NCBI GenBank assembly: GCA_028866905.1
Contig: JAGWHI010000002.1
Span: forward strand, 7,219-71,218
DNA length: 64,000 nt
Source: Candidatus Micrarchaeota archaeon
GTDB lineage: Archaea; Micrarchaeota; Micrarchaeia; Micrarchaeales; Micrarchaeaceae
Direction: 5' to 3'
Made by a program: the position numbers and the translations under genes
Part shown: piece after piece, positions 51,395 through 60,661 of the stretch
Layout of the letters: each line of letters starts with the position of its first letter
How positions within the stretch are numbered: the stretch's first letter is position 1
Notes under the pieces: model-generated
Told to the model about the DNA's origin: nothing
Seen by the model: the letters and a program-made list of their open reading frames with translations, nothing else
Database searches by the model: none

Positions 51395-54300
51395 ATGGGA
51401 AACGGGATGGCGCCCGTCAGGAGAGCGTTGCTGTTGGCCATTGCAATGGTGGTCTCTCTAGCGCTCAGCGCGACTGTCGTTTACGCCCAGGGCACGCTCG
51501 GGGGGCAGATGACGATAACCCCGCAGAACCCGGTAATAACAATAGGGCAGCAGGACACCATATCGCTCAGCGGCCAGGTCACAAACGGCACGCAGCCCTT
51601 CTCTTTCGAATGGTTTGTCCAGAATCCCGGGGCAAACAGCTATGTTCCGCTCTCTTCTCAGAACGGGGCCGTATCCATAGCGGCCACCCAGGCATCCCAG
51701 CTCGGCACTTACAGCTTCAAGTTCGTGGTAACAGACGCTAACGGCAACCAGCTGACATCCAATATCGCAACCGTGCAAATCGTCAGTTCGGTGGCCTCCT
51801 CGGCCAATGTGACGGTCAGCCCGCCGTCTGGGACGCTTAAGCTCGGCAGCAGCATCACGCTCGCAGCGAGCGGAGCGCCGATAACCGCAGGGTCTTCCAA
51901 CGGATGGAATTTCCAGTGGTACGTGCAGCCGCCCGGATCTTCGACTTACCAGCTGATCGGCGGCGCGACCTCTTCGTCCTTCATAGTTATAGCGTCAAGC
52001 ACCTTTGTCGGAACTGGAGTCAACTACTATTCGCAGACGGGCACGTACAACTTCGAGATAATAGCCTCGAAGGGCTCGACTAGCGTTACCTCAGCGCCTG
52101 CTACGATCACGATCGTTCCGACAATCCAGACGCCGCTGGTTGGCTCTATAGTGGCGAGTCCGCAGCTGTCATCGATAATACAGGGAAACAGCGACACGAT
52201 AAACATACAGGGCACTGTCACAGGGGGGCAGCCGCCTTACACCACGTCATGGTACGTCGAGAACCCCGGCAGCACGACATGGCAATTCCTTTCAAACTTG
52301 AACAACAACCTGCCATTCACGACCTCGACCAGCACTAAGCCAGGAATCTACAACTTCAAGTTCATAGTGAGCGACAGCACAGGAGCCAACGACAGCTCCA
52401 ACATAGCCTCTGTCGATGTGACGCCCTCTAACGGGGGGCCGGGAGTGAACAGGACAGCGCCGTTCCAGGGTTCGGTAAGCGTCACGCCCATCGGCACTTC
52501 GGTGGGCCAGGGTTCATCCGTGGTCCTCAACGGCTACGAGTTCGTAAGCGGCGGGAACAAGCCCTACACCTTCGCGTGGTACTACCAGCCGCCGGGATCT
52601 GGATCGTTCGAGGTTGCGCCAGGACAGAACGGCGGAAGCTCGTACACTTTCACGACTTCGTCTTTCACACCTACAGGAAGCTACATATTCGAATACAGGG
52701 CGTACGACGCGAACCTTGCAGAGGTCGATTCCAACGAGGCGTTCGTGACTGTTACGACCCCGACGACAGGACCAGGCACATCGCCCTCTGTGCAGATAAC
52801 GCCCCAGAGCTCGATAATAACTTCAGGGCAGCCGGTGTACTTCAGCGCCCAGCTCATAAACGACAATTCCGGTGCTACGCACTACCAGTGGTACGAGAAC
52901 GGCCAGTCGCTGGCGGGGGAGACGGACGGTTCCTATACCTTCTGGTCCACGTCCCAGGCCCCGGGAACATACACGTTCTATGCGGCTGTGACCGACGGTT
53001 CGGGAAGGGTGTTCAACTCCACAAACGTGACAGTGGTAGTGCAGCAGAGCGCAGGAGTCAACGGGCAGGGGCTCACCGGCACGATCAACGTTTACACAGG
53101 CAAGATGACGGACACAAACGGAAACATAGAGTACCTGTCGTACGTCACGCTTGGCCAGGGCGGCACGCAGACTATAACCGCCAACGACACCATATCGGGC
53201 GGCACTCCGCCGATTAGCTTCCAGTGGTACATTGAGGGGCCGAACGACTACGCTTTCAGGCCGATATCCGGCGCGAACAACGCGTACAGCTATCAGTTCG
53301 CGACCTCCAGCGCAACGCAGTCTGGGACCTACAAGTTCCAGCTCATAGCTACAGACCAGAACGACAACCAGGTCACGTCCACGGTCGCGTTCGTCAACGT
53401 CATTGGCGGCTCCACGTCAGGCGGTTCCACTACGACCATACCGTCTACATCAGGCTCGTCCAACCTTGCTGGCCAGATAACCATATCGTCCACCTCCTCG
53501 AGCGTGCAGTACGGCGGCAGCGCCACATTCACTGTGAGCGGCCAGCTGAGCGGAGGCGTATCGCCATACACTTACGAGTGGTACATACAGAACCCCAACT
53601 CAGGGACATGGCAGACGTACGCCTCTGGCAACGGCAACCTCACATTCACGCCGACCAGCACGCAGCAGGGGCTGTACAGCTTCGAGTTCGTGGTAACCGA
53701 TGCGACAGGGAAGACGGTGGCATCCAACATAGAGTCCATAAACGTGCTCGCGGGCCCGGGAAGCAGCCAGAGTACGACCACAATGCCGCAGCAGGGCGGA
53801 GGATCGCAGTCGCTGCAGGGCGCGATAACGATAACGCCTGCGAGCGGAACGCTCGTGATTGGCGGGCCTACCGACACCATATCTGTGAGCGGAAGCCTGA
53901 GCGGCGGCAAGGCGCCATATACCTTCCAATGGTACGAACAGCTCCCGGGTAGCAGCAACTGGCAGCCGCTCTCGTCCCTCAACGGAGCGATCACTGTAGG
54001 TGCTACGTCAGGCAGCACCACGCCAGGCGCCTATGGTTTCCAGTTCGTTGTCACTGACAGCTCGGGCCAGACCATAGTTTCCAACCAGGCGACTGTGCAG
54101 ATAGTGAGCGCTGGCAGCACGACTACTATAACTGGTGGCGGCGGCAACACTGGCGGCACCGTAAGCCCAGCGGAACGCTGCAGCGGAGGATCGATAACGG
54201 CCAGCTCGACAGCTTCATCGCTCAGCGTGGGCCAGAGCGCGACGCTCTCGGAATACACCACAATAAACATCAACAACTGCACCACTGAGGGGTGGTATGT

Positions 54301-54802
54301 CCAAAACCCGTACACCAGCTCGTACCAGCAGATCTCCCCTGGCGTAGGGCCGTACACTTTCTATGCTACCGGCGGGACTGGAATCGGAACCTTCAACTTC
54401 GAGTACATAATCTACAACGCCAGCGGCCAGGTCGCGGCGTCTAACCCAGTAGCCATAACGGTCGTGGGTCCGCAGGGGTCCGGCAGTGGCAGTGGCTCTG
54501 GCAGCGGATCAGGTAGCGGTTCAGGACAGGCCAGCATATCGGCTTCGGCATCGGAGGTCGCCGCAGGGAGTTCGGTGACAGTGTCTGCCAGCGGATACTC
54601 CTCAAGCTCCACCTACCAGTGGCAGGTGATGGCGCCTGGCGGAAGCTGGGAGAACATCCCAGGAGCGACATCGCAATCGTACACCTTCCTTGCAGGCTAT
54701 GGCCCGTTCTCCACATACGGGACCTACCAGTTCCAGCTGGTTGTCACGCCAAGCACAGGAGGCAGCTACACCACTTCCTCGGTTTCCGTTTCTGTTCAGT
54801 GA
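51395..54802 (+). CDS. secreted 1135-aa protein with about ten tandem Ig-like repeats and a (GS)8 linker; putative adhesin or surface fibre
   Basis: Signal peptide MGNGMAPVRRALLLAIAMVVSLALSATVVYAQG. About ten units of 95-105 aa share P-[YF]-[TS]-F-[QE]-W-Y-x-Q-x-PG...W/Y-Q...G-x-Y-x-F-x-[FL]-[VI]-[VA]-[TS]-D. No C-terminal TM or sorting signal. Confidence 0.8.
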   Translation: MGNGMAPVRRALLLAIAMVVSLALSATVVYAQGTLGGQMTITPQNPVITIGQQDTISLSGQVTNGTQPFSFEWFVQNPGANSYVPLSSQNGAVSIAATQASQLGTYSFKFVVTDANGNQLTSNIATVQIVSSVASSANVTVSPPSGTLKLGSSITLAASGAPITAGSSNGWNFQWYVQPPGSSTYQLIGGATSSSFIVIASSTFVGTGVNYYSQTGTYNFEIIASKGSTSVTSAPATITIVPTIQTPLVGSIVASPQLSSIIQGNSDTINIQGTVTGGQPPYTTSWYVENPGSTTWQFLSNLNNNLPFTTSTSTKPGIYNFKFIVSDSTGANDSSNIASVDVTPSNGGPGVNRTAPFQGSVSVTPIGTSVGQGSSVVLNGYEFVSGGNKPYTFAWYYQPPGSGSFEVAPGQNGGSSYTFTTSSFTPTGSYIFEYRAYDANLAEVDSNEAFVTVTTPTTGPGTSPSVQITPQSSIITSGQPVYFSAQLINDNSGATHYQWYENGQSLAGETDGSYTFWSTSQAPGTYTFYAAVTDGSGRVFNSTNVTVVVQQSAGVNGQGLTGTINVYTGKMTDTNGNIEYLSYVTLGQGGTQTITANDTISGGTPPISFQWYIEGPNDYAFRPISGANNAYSYQFATSSATQSGTYKFQLIATDQNDNQVTSTVAFVNVIGGSTSGGSTTTIPSTSGSSNLAGQITISSTSSSVQYGGSATFTVSGQLSGGVSPYTYEWYIQNPNSGTWQTYASGNGNLTFTPTSTQQGLYSFEFVVTDATGKTVASNIESINVLAGPGSSQSTTTMPQQGGGSQSLQGAITITPASGTLVIGGPTDTISVSGSLSGGKAPYTFQWYEQLPGSSNWQPLSSLNGAITVGATSGSTTPGAYGFQFVVTDSSGQTIVSNQATVQIVSAGSTTTITGGGGNTGGTVSPAERCSGGSITASSTASSLSVGQSATLSEYTTININNCTTEGWYVQNPYTSSYQQISPGVGPYTFYATGGTGIGTFNFEYIIYNASGQVAASNPVAITVVGPQGSGSGSGSGSGSGSGSGQASISASASEVAAGSSVTVSASGYSSSSTYQWQVMAPGGSWENIPGATSQSYTFLAGYGPFSTYGTYQFQLVVTPSTGGSYTTSSVSVSVQ
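54476..54526 (+). repeat. imperfect GGY-AGY/TCN hexanucleotide tract encoding (Gly-Ser)8-Gly
   Basis: Read directly as GGGTCCGGCAGTGGCAGTGGCTCTGGCAGCGGATCAGGTAGCGGTTCAGGA. It sits between repeat 9 and repeat 10 of the large protein. Confidence 0.9.
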
Positions 54803-54870
54803 CGGGCACTACCCCTATCCCTTCCCGTGGCCCATCGGCAATACCGACCGCGCTGGCGCTACCTGCCATG

Positions 54871-54894
54871 GAGAATAAATGAAGGAAAAGAAAC
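54871..54894 (-). terminator. T/pyrimidine-rich tract directly after the stop of the 143-aa gene
   Basis: The minus strand reads GTTTCTTTTCCTTCATTTATTCTC, starting 3 nt after the TGA. Confidence 0.3.
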
Positions 54895-54896
54895 GC

Positions 54897-55328
54897 TCAG
54901 CAGCTGCCCTGCGGGAGCGTGCCGTTGTTCGCTATCTGCTGGAGGATGTATGGCGCAGCAACAGCGATTATCACTCCGACTATTCCACCCATGATCATAC
55001 CCATGCCGTATCCGGTCACGGTTCCCTTCGTCTGCGCCGGAAGCACGTGCGCGCTTGCGTAAAGCGCAGCGCCGAGGATCATGAGCACCAGTCCGAGTAT
55101 GAATATGACGCTCTTGACCGTTGTGCATATAGTGGTTATGGTGTTCTGGACGTTTGTTATTCCGCCCTGGCCCACCGTAGAGCCGCCGGTGCCGACGGTC
55201 GAGCTGCCCGAAACCGTGACCTGTCCGTAAACGGCCAGCGTTCCGAACATCGTGGCGAACATCGTAAGCAGAAATGCGTATCTCGTGAATAGGTCGTATC
55301 CTTGTGCCAGAATGTTGGATATCTTCAT
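54897..55328 (-). CDS. small protein with signal/anchor helix plus two-helix hairpin; VirB2/TrbC/CedA1-like pilin candidate
   Basis: 143 aa. N-terminal hydrophobic YAFLLTMFATMFGTLAVYGQ, Gly/Thr/Ser linker, helix KSVIFILGLVLMILGAALYA, short polar loop with K, then helix GMGMIMGGIVGVIIAVAAPYIL. This is the architecture of conjugative pilins. Confidence 0.5.
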   Translation of the reverse strand: MKISNILAQGYDLFTRYAFLLTMFATMFGTLAVYGQVTVSGSSTVGTGGSTVGQGGITNVQNTITTICTTVKSVIFILGLVLMILGAALYASAHVLPAQTKGTVTGYGMGMIMGGIVGVIIAVAAPYILQQIANNGTLPQGSC

Positions 55329-55484
55329 CTCATCACAGGAGGGGTTCCCTCGTTAGGTCTATATGCACCGACTAGATTTAAATATGTTAGTGTTTTTAGG
55401 AACTGCGTTGGCCGGCGATAACCAGCGATTGCCGTCCTCACTATTTATTAAAGCTTAATCCTGCAATCTATACTGCTTAGGTCG

Positions 55485-57215
55485 GTGTTTCCTTTGAGGA
55501 TCCTGCAGCTTGACGTAGACGAGATAAGGTACGAGCTGATCAAGCCGGAGGCTGAGCTCTACGACGAGGCGAAGAAGAGATCCTCATCGGTCAAGGACGC
55601 CGTGGCGCTGCTGGTCAGCGCCGAGGATGGCGACGATGAGTCTGTCGCGAAGAGGGCAATGGCGGACACGGCGGCGTTCATGGAGAGGATGGGGCGCAAG
55701 AACCTTGTGATCTTCCCGTTCGCGCACCTTAGCAGCGAGCTATCCAGGCCGAAGGAGGCCATGGAGGTCATAGACATGCTTTACAAGGATGCCGGCTCGA
55801 GGGGCATAGTGGTGGAGAAGGCGCCCTTCGGGTGGAACAAGAGCCTGGGCCTTTCGGTCAAGGGCCACCCGCTCGCGGAGCAGGGGCGCACCTACAGGAA
55901 GGGAGACGAGGGAAAAAACACGCCCAAGAAGCCGAAGGTAAAGCCCCAGCAGATAGACCTTTCGATAGTCAGGAAGAGCGACTTCGCAGGCCTGCCGGAA
56001 ACGGACCACAGGGTGATAGGCGAGAGGCTGGACCTGTTCAGCCTGCAGGAGGTTTCGCCCGGCATGGTGTACTGGCACAGGAAAGGGCACATGTTGTACA
56101 GGACGCTGCTCGAGTTCCTCAGGGATAAGCTAGGCGATGCAGGCTACGAGGAGACTAGCACTCCAGCCCTGGCGAACATAGCGCTCTGGCACGTAAGCGG
56201 CCACATAGACCACTACAAGGACAACATGTTCATGATGGATTCCGATGGCGAGAGCATGGGCATGAAGCCCATGAACTGCCCGTCGACCATGCTGATATAC
56301 AAGGCAAGGAAGTGGAGCTACAGGGACCTTCCCTGGAGGGCGTCCACTTTCGACCACATCTACAGGAACGAGCTGAGCGGCGCGCTCTCCGGGCTCTTCA
56401 GGGTCCGCGAGGTGACCATGGACGATGCGCACATATTCATAAGGGAGGACCAGCTGCAGGAGGAGATGCACGCGCTGCTCGGGCTTGTGAAGGACATATA
56501 CTCGGTCTTCGGGTTCGAGGGGGAGGCCGGGCTTTCCACCATGCCTGACGACCACATGGGCGATGAGGCACTATGGGAGAAAGCAGAGGCGGCGCTCAAG
56601 GGCGCGCTCGAGAAGAACGGCATCAAGTACAAGATCAACCCGAAGGAGGGCGCGTTCTACGGCCCGAAGATAGACTTCCACGCTACGGACTCCATAGGCA
56701 GGAAATGGCAGCTGACCACGATACAGCTGGACTACCAGTTGCCGAACAGGTTTGGTCTGAGCTATACCGGGGAGGACGGGAAGCAGCACACGCCCGTAGT
56801 CATACACAGGGCGATACTGGGCTCGCTGGAGAGGTTCATGGGCATACTGCTGGAGCACTACAACGGCAAGCTGCCCACGTGGCTGTCTCCGGTACAGGCG
56901 ATAGTAGTGACGATATCGGAGCCCGCCAACAAGTACGCGCTCAATGTAGTCCAGAGGCTGAGGGAGAGAGGCATGCGCGCCGAAGCCGACATATCGGACA
57001 AGACGCTGCAGTACAAGATACGTGACGCGCAGCTCCAGAAGATACCCTACATAGTTGTGGTCGGCAAGAAGGAGGAGGAGGCCAATACAATAACCATAAG
57101 GGCCAGGTCTGGCAAGCAGAAGATGGGAGTCATGGTCGATGACTTCGTAAACGATGTGGAGGTCGAGATACTGGAGAGGAAGCAGGGCCAGTTCATCGAC
57201 GGGCAAGAAGGGTAG
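55485..57215 (+). CDS. thrS: threonyl-tRNA synthetase (archaeal type with N-terminal editing domain)
   Basis: GTG start. HRVIGERLDLF, PGMVYWHRKGHMLYRTL, FRVREVTMDDAHIF (motif 2) and the C-terminal anticodon-binding domain IPYIVVVGKKE. Confidence 0.92.
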   Translation: MFPLRILQLDVDEIRYELIKPEAELYDEAKKRSSSVKDAVALLVSAEDGDDESVAKRAMADTAAFMERMGRKNLVIFPFAHLSSELSRPKEAMEVIDMLYKDAGSRGIVVEKAPFGWNKSLGLSVKGHPLAEQGRTYRKGDEGKNTPKKPKVKPQQIDLSIVRKSDFAGLPETDHRVIGERLDLFSLQEVSPGMVYWHRKGHMLYRTLLEFLRDKLGDAGYEETSTPALANIALWHVSGHIDHYKDNMFMMDSDGESMGMKPMNCPSTMLIYKARKWSYRDLPWRASTFDHIYRNELSGALSGLFRVREVTMDDAHIFIREDQLQEEMHALLGLVKDIYSVFGFEGEAGLSTMPDDHMGDEALWEKAEAALKGALEKNGIKYKINPKEGAFYGPKIDFHATDSIGRKWQLTTIQLDYQLPNRFGLSYTGEDGKQHTPVVIHRAILGSLERFMGILLEHYNGKLPTWLSPVQAIVVTISEPANKYALNVVQRLRERGMRAEADISDKTLQYKIRDAQLQKIPYIVVVGKKEEEANTITIRARSGKQKMGVMVDDFVNDVEVEILERKQGQFIDGQEG

Positions 57216-57218
57216 CGC

Positions 57219-58934
57219 ATGTACATACTCGGGGTTTGGGACGGACACGACTCAGGCGCGGCGCTGATAAACGAGAATGAAATAGTCTACGCCGCGAACG
57301 AGGAGAGGTTCACCAAGCGAAAGCTGGAGATAGACTTCCCGTACCACTCTATAGCCGCGGCGCTCAAGTACGCCGGGATAAAGCCCAGCGACGTCGGGCA
57401 CGTCGCGTTCACCACAACCGAGTTCACGAAGACCCTCGAGAGGGTCTTCCCGTACATGAAGGAGAGCTACTACATGTTCAGGCGCAGGAAGATGCTGAAG
57501 CCGAGGCTGGAGGGCTTCAGGCACCACCTCAAGTACAACATGACGCGCATCGGCGTGCTGCCGCTGTGCAACCAGATAAGCTCCGCTTCGGTATCGGGGC
57601 ACCTCGCGCACATGGGCTTCTCCAATTACAGGCTCCATGTCGTCGACCACCACACCGCGCACGCAGCCACTGCGGCTTTCACAGCGCCGTTCAGGAAGTC
57701 GCTTGTCGTAACCGTCGACGGGCTTGGCGACGGCCTATCCGGGAGCGTCAGCACTTTCGACGGGAAGGAGATGGAGCGGCGCGTTGCCGTTCCCGCGACC
57801 CACTCGCTAGGGATATTCTACGAGCAGGTCACCAACATACTCGGGTTCAGGGAGCTCGAGGACGAGGGGAAGGTTATGGCTATGGCCGACTACTCATACC
57901 CGTTCGACTACGAGAAGGAGAACCTGCTCAGGGACTTCTTCAAGGTGGAGGGCACCACCATACAGGCGAGGTATTCGCCGTCCGCGCAGTACACGATGCT
58001 CCAGAGGATCGCATGGATGATGCCAAGGGAGCAGTTCGCCTACATGGCGCAGCAGGTCGTGGAGAACATGCTCGGCAAGTTCACAAGCAACTCGATAGAC
58101 AGGTTCAACATAAAGGACGTGGCGTTCGCTGGCGGGATCTTCTCCAACATAAAGGCGAACAAGGTGATACGCGAGCTGGAGGCGCTGGGCCACTGGTACG
58201 TCTTCCCGCACATGGGCGACGGCGGCATAGCGCTGGGGGCCGCGCTCTACACAAGCTACCTTCTCAACGGCGCAAGGAGCTACAATTACAGCGCATACCT
58301 TGGCGACGAGTTCTCCCACGAGGAGACCGAGAAGGTGCTGTCATCGGACAGGAGCCTTGCGCACAGGGCTGAGAGCCCGCAGGAGCTCGCATCGCACGCG
58401 GCGGAGCTGATAAGCTCGGGCAACTACATATTCTGGTTCAACGGGCGCATGGAGTACGGCCCGAGGGCCCTGGGCGACAGGAGCATACTCGCGCCGATAG
58501 ATTCGGAGGACGTGAAGGAGCGGCTCAACATCAGGGTGAAGAAGAGGGAGTGGTTCCAGCCCTTCGCGCCGTCGATGCTGGAGGAGGAGGCGCACCACAT
58601 ACTGGAGTACGACAGCAGGGGGCCTGACCGCTACATGACTATGGCGTACATGGTGCGCCCGGAATTCAGGGCCAGGACAAAGGCGGTCACACACATAGAC
58701 GGCTCAGCAAGGGCGCAGATGGTCGGCGAGGACGAGAACAGGCAGTACAGGGAGCTGCTCAAGGGCATGAAGAAGCACTCGGGGCTCGGCATAGTGCTCA
58801 ACACCAGCTTCAACATCCACGGCCAGCCGATAGTCAGGAGCGTCGAGGATGCTATAGACACGATGAAGAGGACGAAGACCAAGTACATGTTCATCAACGG
58901 CTTCTTCGTGACAAACAGGGCCGCGGGGGTATGA
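57219..58934 (+). CDS. carbamoyltransferase (NodU/CmcH family)
   Basis: MYILGVWDGHDSGAALI..ANEERFTKRK, HHTAHAA and NTSFNIHGQPIV motifs. Confidence 0.88.
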   Translation: MYILGVWDGHDSGAALINENEIVYAANEERFTKRKLEIDFPYHSIAAALKYAGIKPSDVGHVAFTTTEFTKTLERVFPYMKESYYMFRRRKMLKPRLEGFRHHLKYNMTRIGVLPLCNQISSASVSGHLAHMGFSNYRLHVVDHHTAHAATAAFTAPFRKSLVVTVDGLGDGLSGSVSTFDGKEMERRVAVPATHSLGIFYEQVTNILGFRELEDEGKVMAMADYSYPFDYEKENLLRDFFKVEGTTIQARYSPSAQYTMLQRIAWMMPREQFAYMAQQVVENMLGKFTSNSIDRFNIKDVAFAGGIFSNIKANKVIRELEALGHWYVFPHMGDGGIALGAALYTSYLLNGARSYNYSAYLGDEFSHEETEKVLSSDRSLAHRAESPQELASHAAELISSGNYIFWFNGRMEYGPRALGDRSILAPIDSEDVKERLNIRVKKREWFQPFAPSMLEEEAHHILEYDSRGPDRYMTMAYMVRPEFRARTKAVTHIDGSARAQMVGEDENRQYRELLKGMKKHSGLGIVLNTSFNIHGQPIVRSVEDAIDTMKRTKTKYMFINGFFVTNRAAGV

Positions 58935-60658
58935 TGGCGTTCGGCACAGACCTTTACCTTCTGACAATCGGGATACTGATAGCGTTCGTGGGCACCATAG
59001 CCTCGTTCGCGCTCGCACGGAAGAGCGTGTCGCACGCCATCAGGGAGTCCAACCTCATGCGCAGGCACATCCTGTGGCTCGCGGTCGCACTGCTTGTTTT
59101 CTTCGTGGTCGAGGGATTCGTTGTGCAGCCGGCGCAGCAGCTGTTCTTCGACGACGCGATATACCAGGGAGGGGCGCAGAGCATGCTCAACAGCGGCCAG
59201 GCTTGGATGTGCGACTTCGGGAGCCCTGCCCAGTGCTTTGTCGGCGAGATATTCCACGAGCCCATCGGCACGTCGTTCAACCTCGCCATCGCTTTCCTGG
59301 TTGCAGGGGTGAAGCTGGCGGCGACGTACAACACGATGTTCGTGCTCGGTGGCGTTTCGGTGCTCTTCACCTTCCTGGCTGTTGCTGTGCTGTTCAGGAA
59401 CCCGAAGGTCGCGTTCCTGTCGGCGCTGATGCTCGCGCTCTCGCCGATGGTGCTGATATGGGCCAGGCCGACGACGTCCGACATACCGACGCTGGCGTAC
59501 TCGATGGTTGCGCTGTTCGCCATGGCGGTGTTCATAAGGAGGAAGAGCGTGTTCACGCTGTCTGCGTTCGCGTTCTCGCTGGCGCTAGTCTCGTACATGA
59601 AGGTGTTCGCGCTCATCTACATACCGATAATACTGGTGATGTACCTCATACTCGACGACAAGAGCGTGAGGGGTTCCATAAGGGAGAACCTCAGGCTGCT
59701 CAGGAAGCACGCGCTTGACACGAACGTGCTGATCGTGCTCCTCCTTTTCGTAGTGGCGATAGCGCCAGAGATATCATACGCTTACACCCAGGCTACGACG
59801 GGCAATTACGGCGGGGCCGGGACCTCGCTGCAGAACACCTGCGCGGGCAACACGCTAGTCCCTGTCGCGCAGAACATAGGCCTGTCGAACCTGGCGGACA
59901 ACATATGCTCCAGCACGCTCTTCTGGTTCGACTACTACGCAGGCGCGCAGGTGGTGCAGCCGCTGCTGTACACCGGGCTTGCCGTGGCCGGCGCGGCGTG
60001 CATGTTCGTGTTCAGGTTCAGGAGGGAGCTCCTGGCGATTGGGCTGTGGTTCCTCGCCTTCTTCATATTCTACGCCTCGTTCTATGCCGGCTCGCCGACG
60101 TACGGGGTGGACTGGAGGTTCCAGCTTAGCATGGCAGCGCAGGCGAGCATCCTTGCCGGGTTCGCGCTGTTCATAATCTTCGACGCGCTGTCGACGGCGC
60201 TGCTGGCAGTGGCAAAGAAGGCGAAGTTCACAGCAGCGGTATCCGGGATAGTCGTCTTCCTCCTGATCGCGTATCCGGTATACGCTTACCTGCCCGTGGT
60301 GGGCGTCAGCCCTGCGGGCATCAACCAGGCGCCTGACGCCAGGTTCTACGAGGGGTTCGTGTACAACTACAGCAGCATGATACCTGCCAACTGCCTGGTC
60401 TACACGTACGACCCTACGCTCTTCAACATAAACAACAGGAGCGCGGAGCAGATGGGCGACCTGTTCAACTCTCAGGTGTACGAGAACAGGTCGACGCAGT
60501 ACAGCTGCGCTGTGCTCGATTGGGGGTACTGGTGCTACACCCCGAACAACTACTGCGCATACGCGAAGCAGAACTACGTGCTGCAGCCGATAAAGAACGC
60601 GACATTCCAGCCAGGCGACAAGCTGTTCGGATTCTACAGGATAGTCGGAAGGAAGTAG
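58931..60658 (+). CDS. polytopic glycosyltransferase-like membrane protein (GT39/ArnT/PMT-like, tentative)
   Basis: 575 aa with at least 11 TM helices. The first external loop has FFDDAIYQGG (a DD/DE acidic motif as in GT-C enzymes). It overlaps the carbamoyltransferase stop by 4 nt. Confidence 0.55.
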   Translation: MMAFGTDLYLLTIGILIAFVGTIASFALARKSVSHAIRESNLMRRHILWLAVALLVFFVVEGFVVQPAQQLFFDDAIYQGGAQSMLNSGQAWMCDFGSPAQCFVGEIFHEPIGTSFNLAIAFLVAGVKLAATYNTMFVLGGVSVLFTFLAVAVLFRNPKVAFLSALMLALSPMVLIWARPTTSDIPTLAYSMVALFAMAVFIRRKSVFTLSAFAFSLALVSYMKVFALIYIPIILVMYLILDDKSVRGSIRENLRLLRKHALDTNVLIVLLLFVVAIAPEISYAYTQATTGNYGGAGTSLQNTCAGNTLVPVAQNIGLSNLADNICSSTLFWFDYYAGAQVVQPLLYTGLAVAGAACMFVFRFRRELLAIGLWFLAFFIFYASFYAGSPTYGVDWRFQLSMAAQASILAGFALFIIFDALSTALLAVAKKAKFTAAVSGIVVFLLIAYPVYAYLPVVGVSPAGINQAPDARFYEGFVYNYSSMIPANCLVYTYDPTLFNINNRSAEQMGDLFNSQVYENRSTQYSCAVLDWGYWCYTPNNYCAYAKQNYVLQPIKNATFQPGDKLFGFYRIVGRK

Positions 60659-60661
60659 CGG

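Noticed and set aside
51400-54800. Periodic repetition that could be mistaken for a CRISPR or tandem DNA repeat array
   Set aside because: The periodicity is about 300 nt, lies in one continuous ORF, and is conserved at the protein level but not the nucleotide level. No short direct repeats with unique spacers occur anywhere in the window.
33219-55328. Calling the locus an integrated conjugative element or plasmid, or a canonical archaeal type IV pilus/archaellum locus
   Set aside because: No integrase, relaxase, coupling protein, replication gene, att-like repeats or compositional shift supports a mobile element. No FlaI/PilB ATPase, FlaJ/PilC platform or archaellin operon supports a type IV pilus locus.
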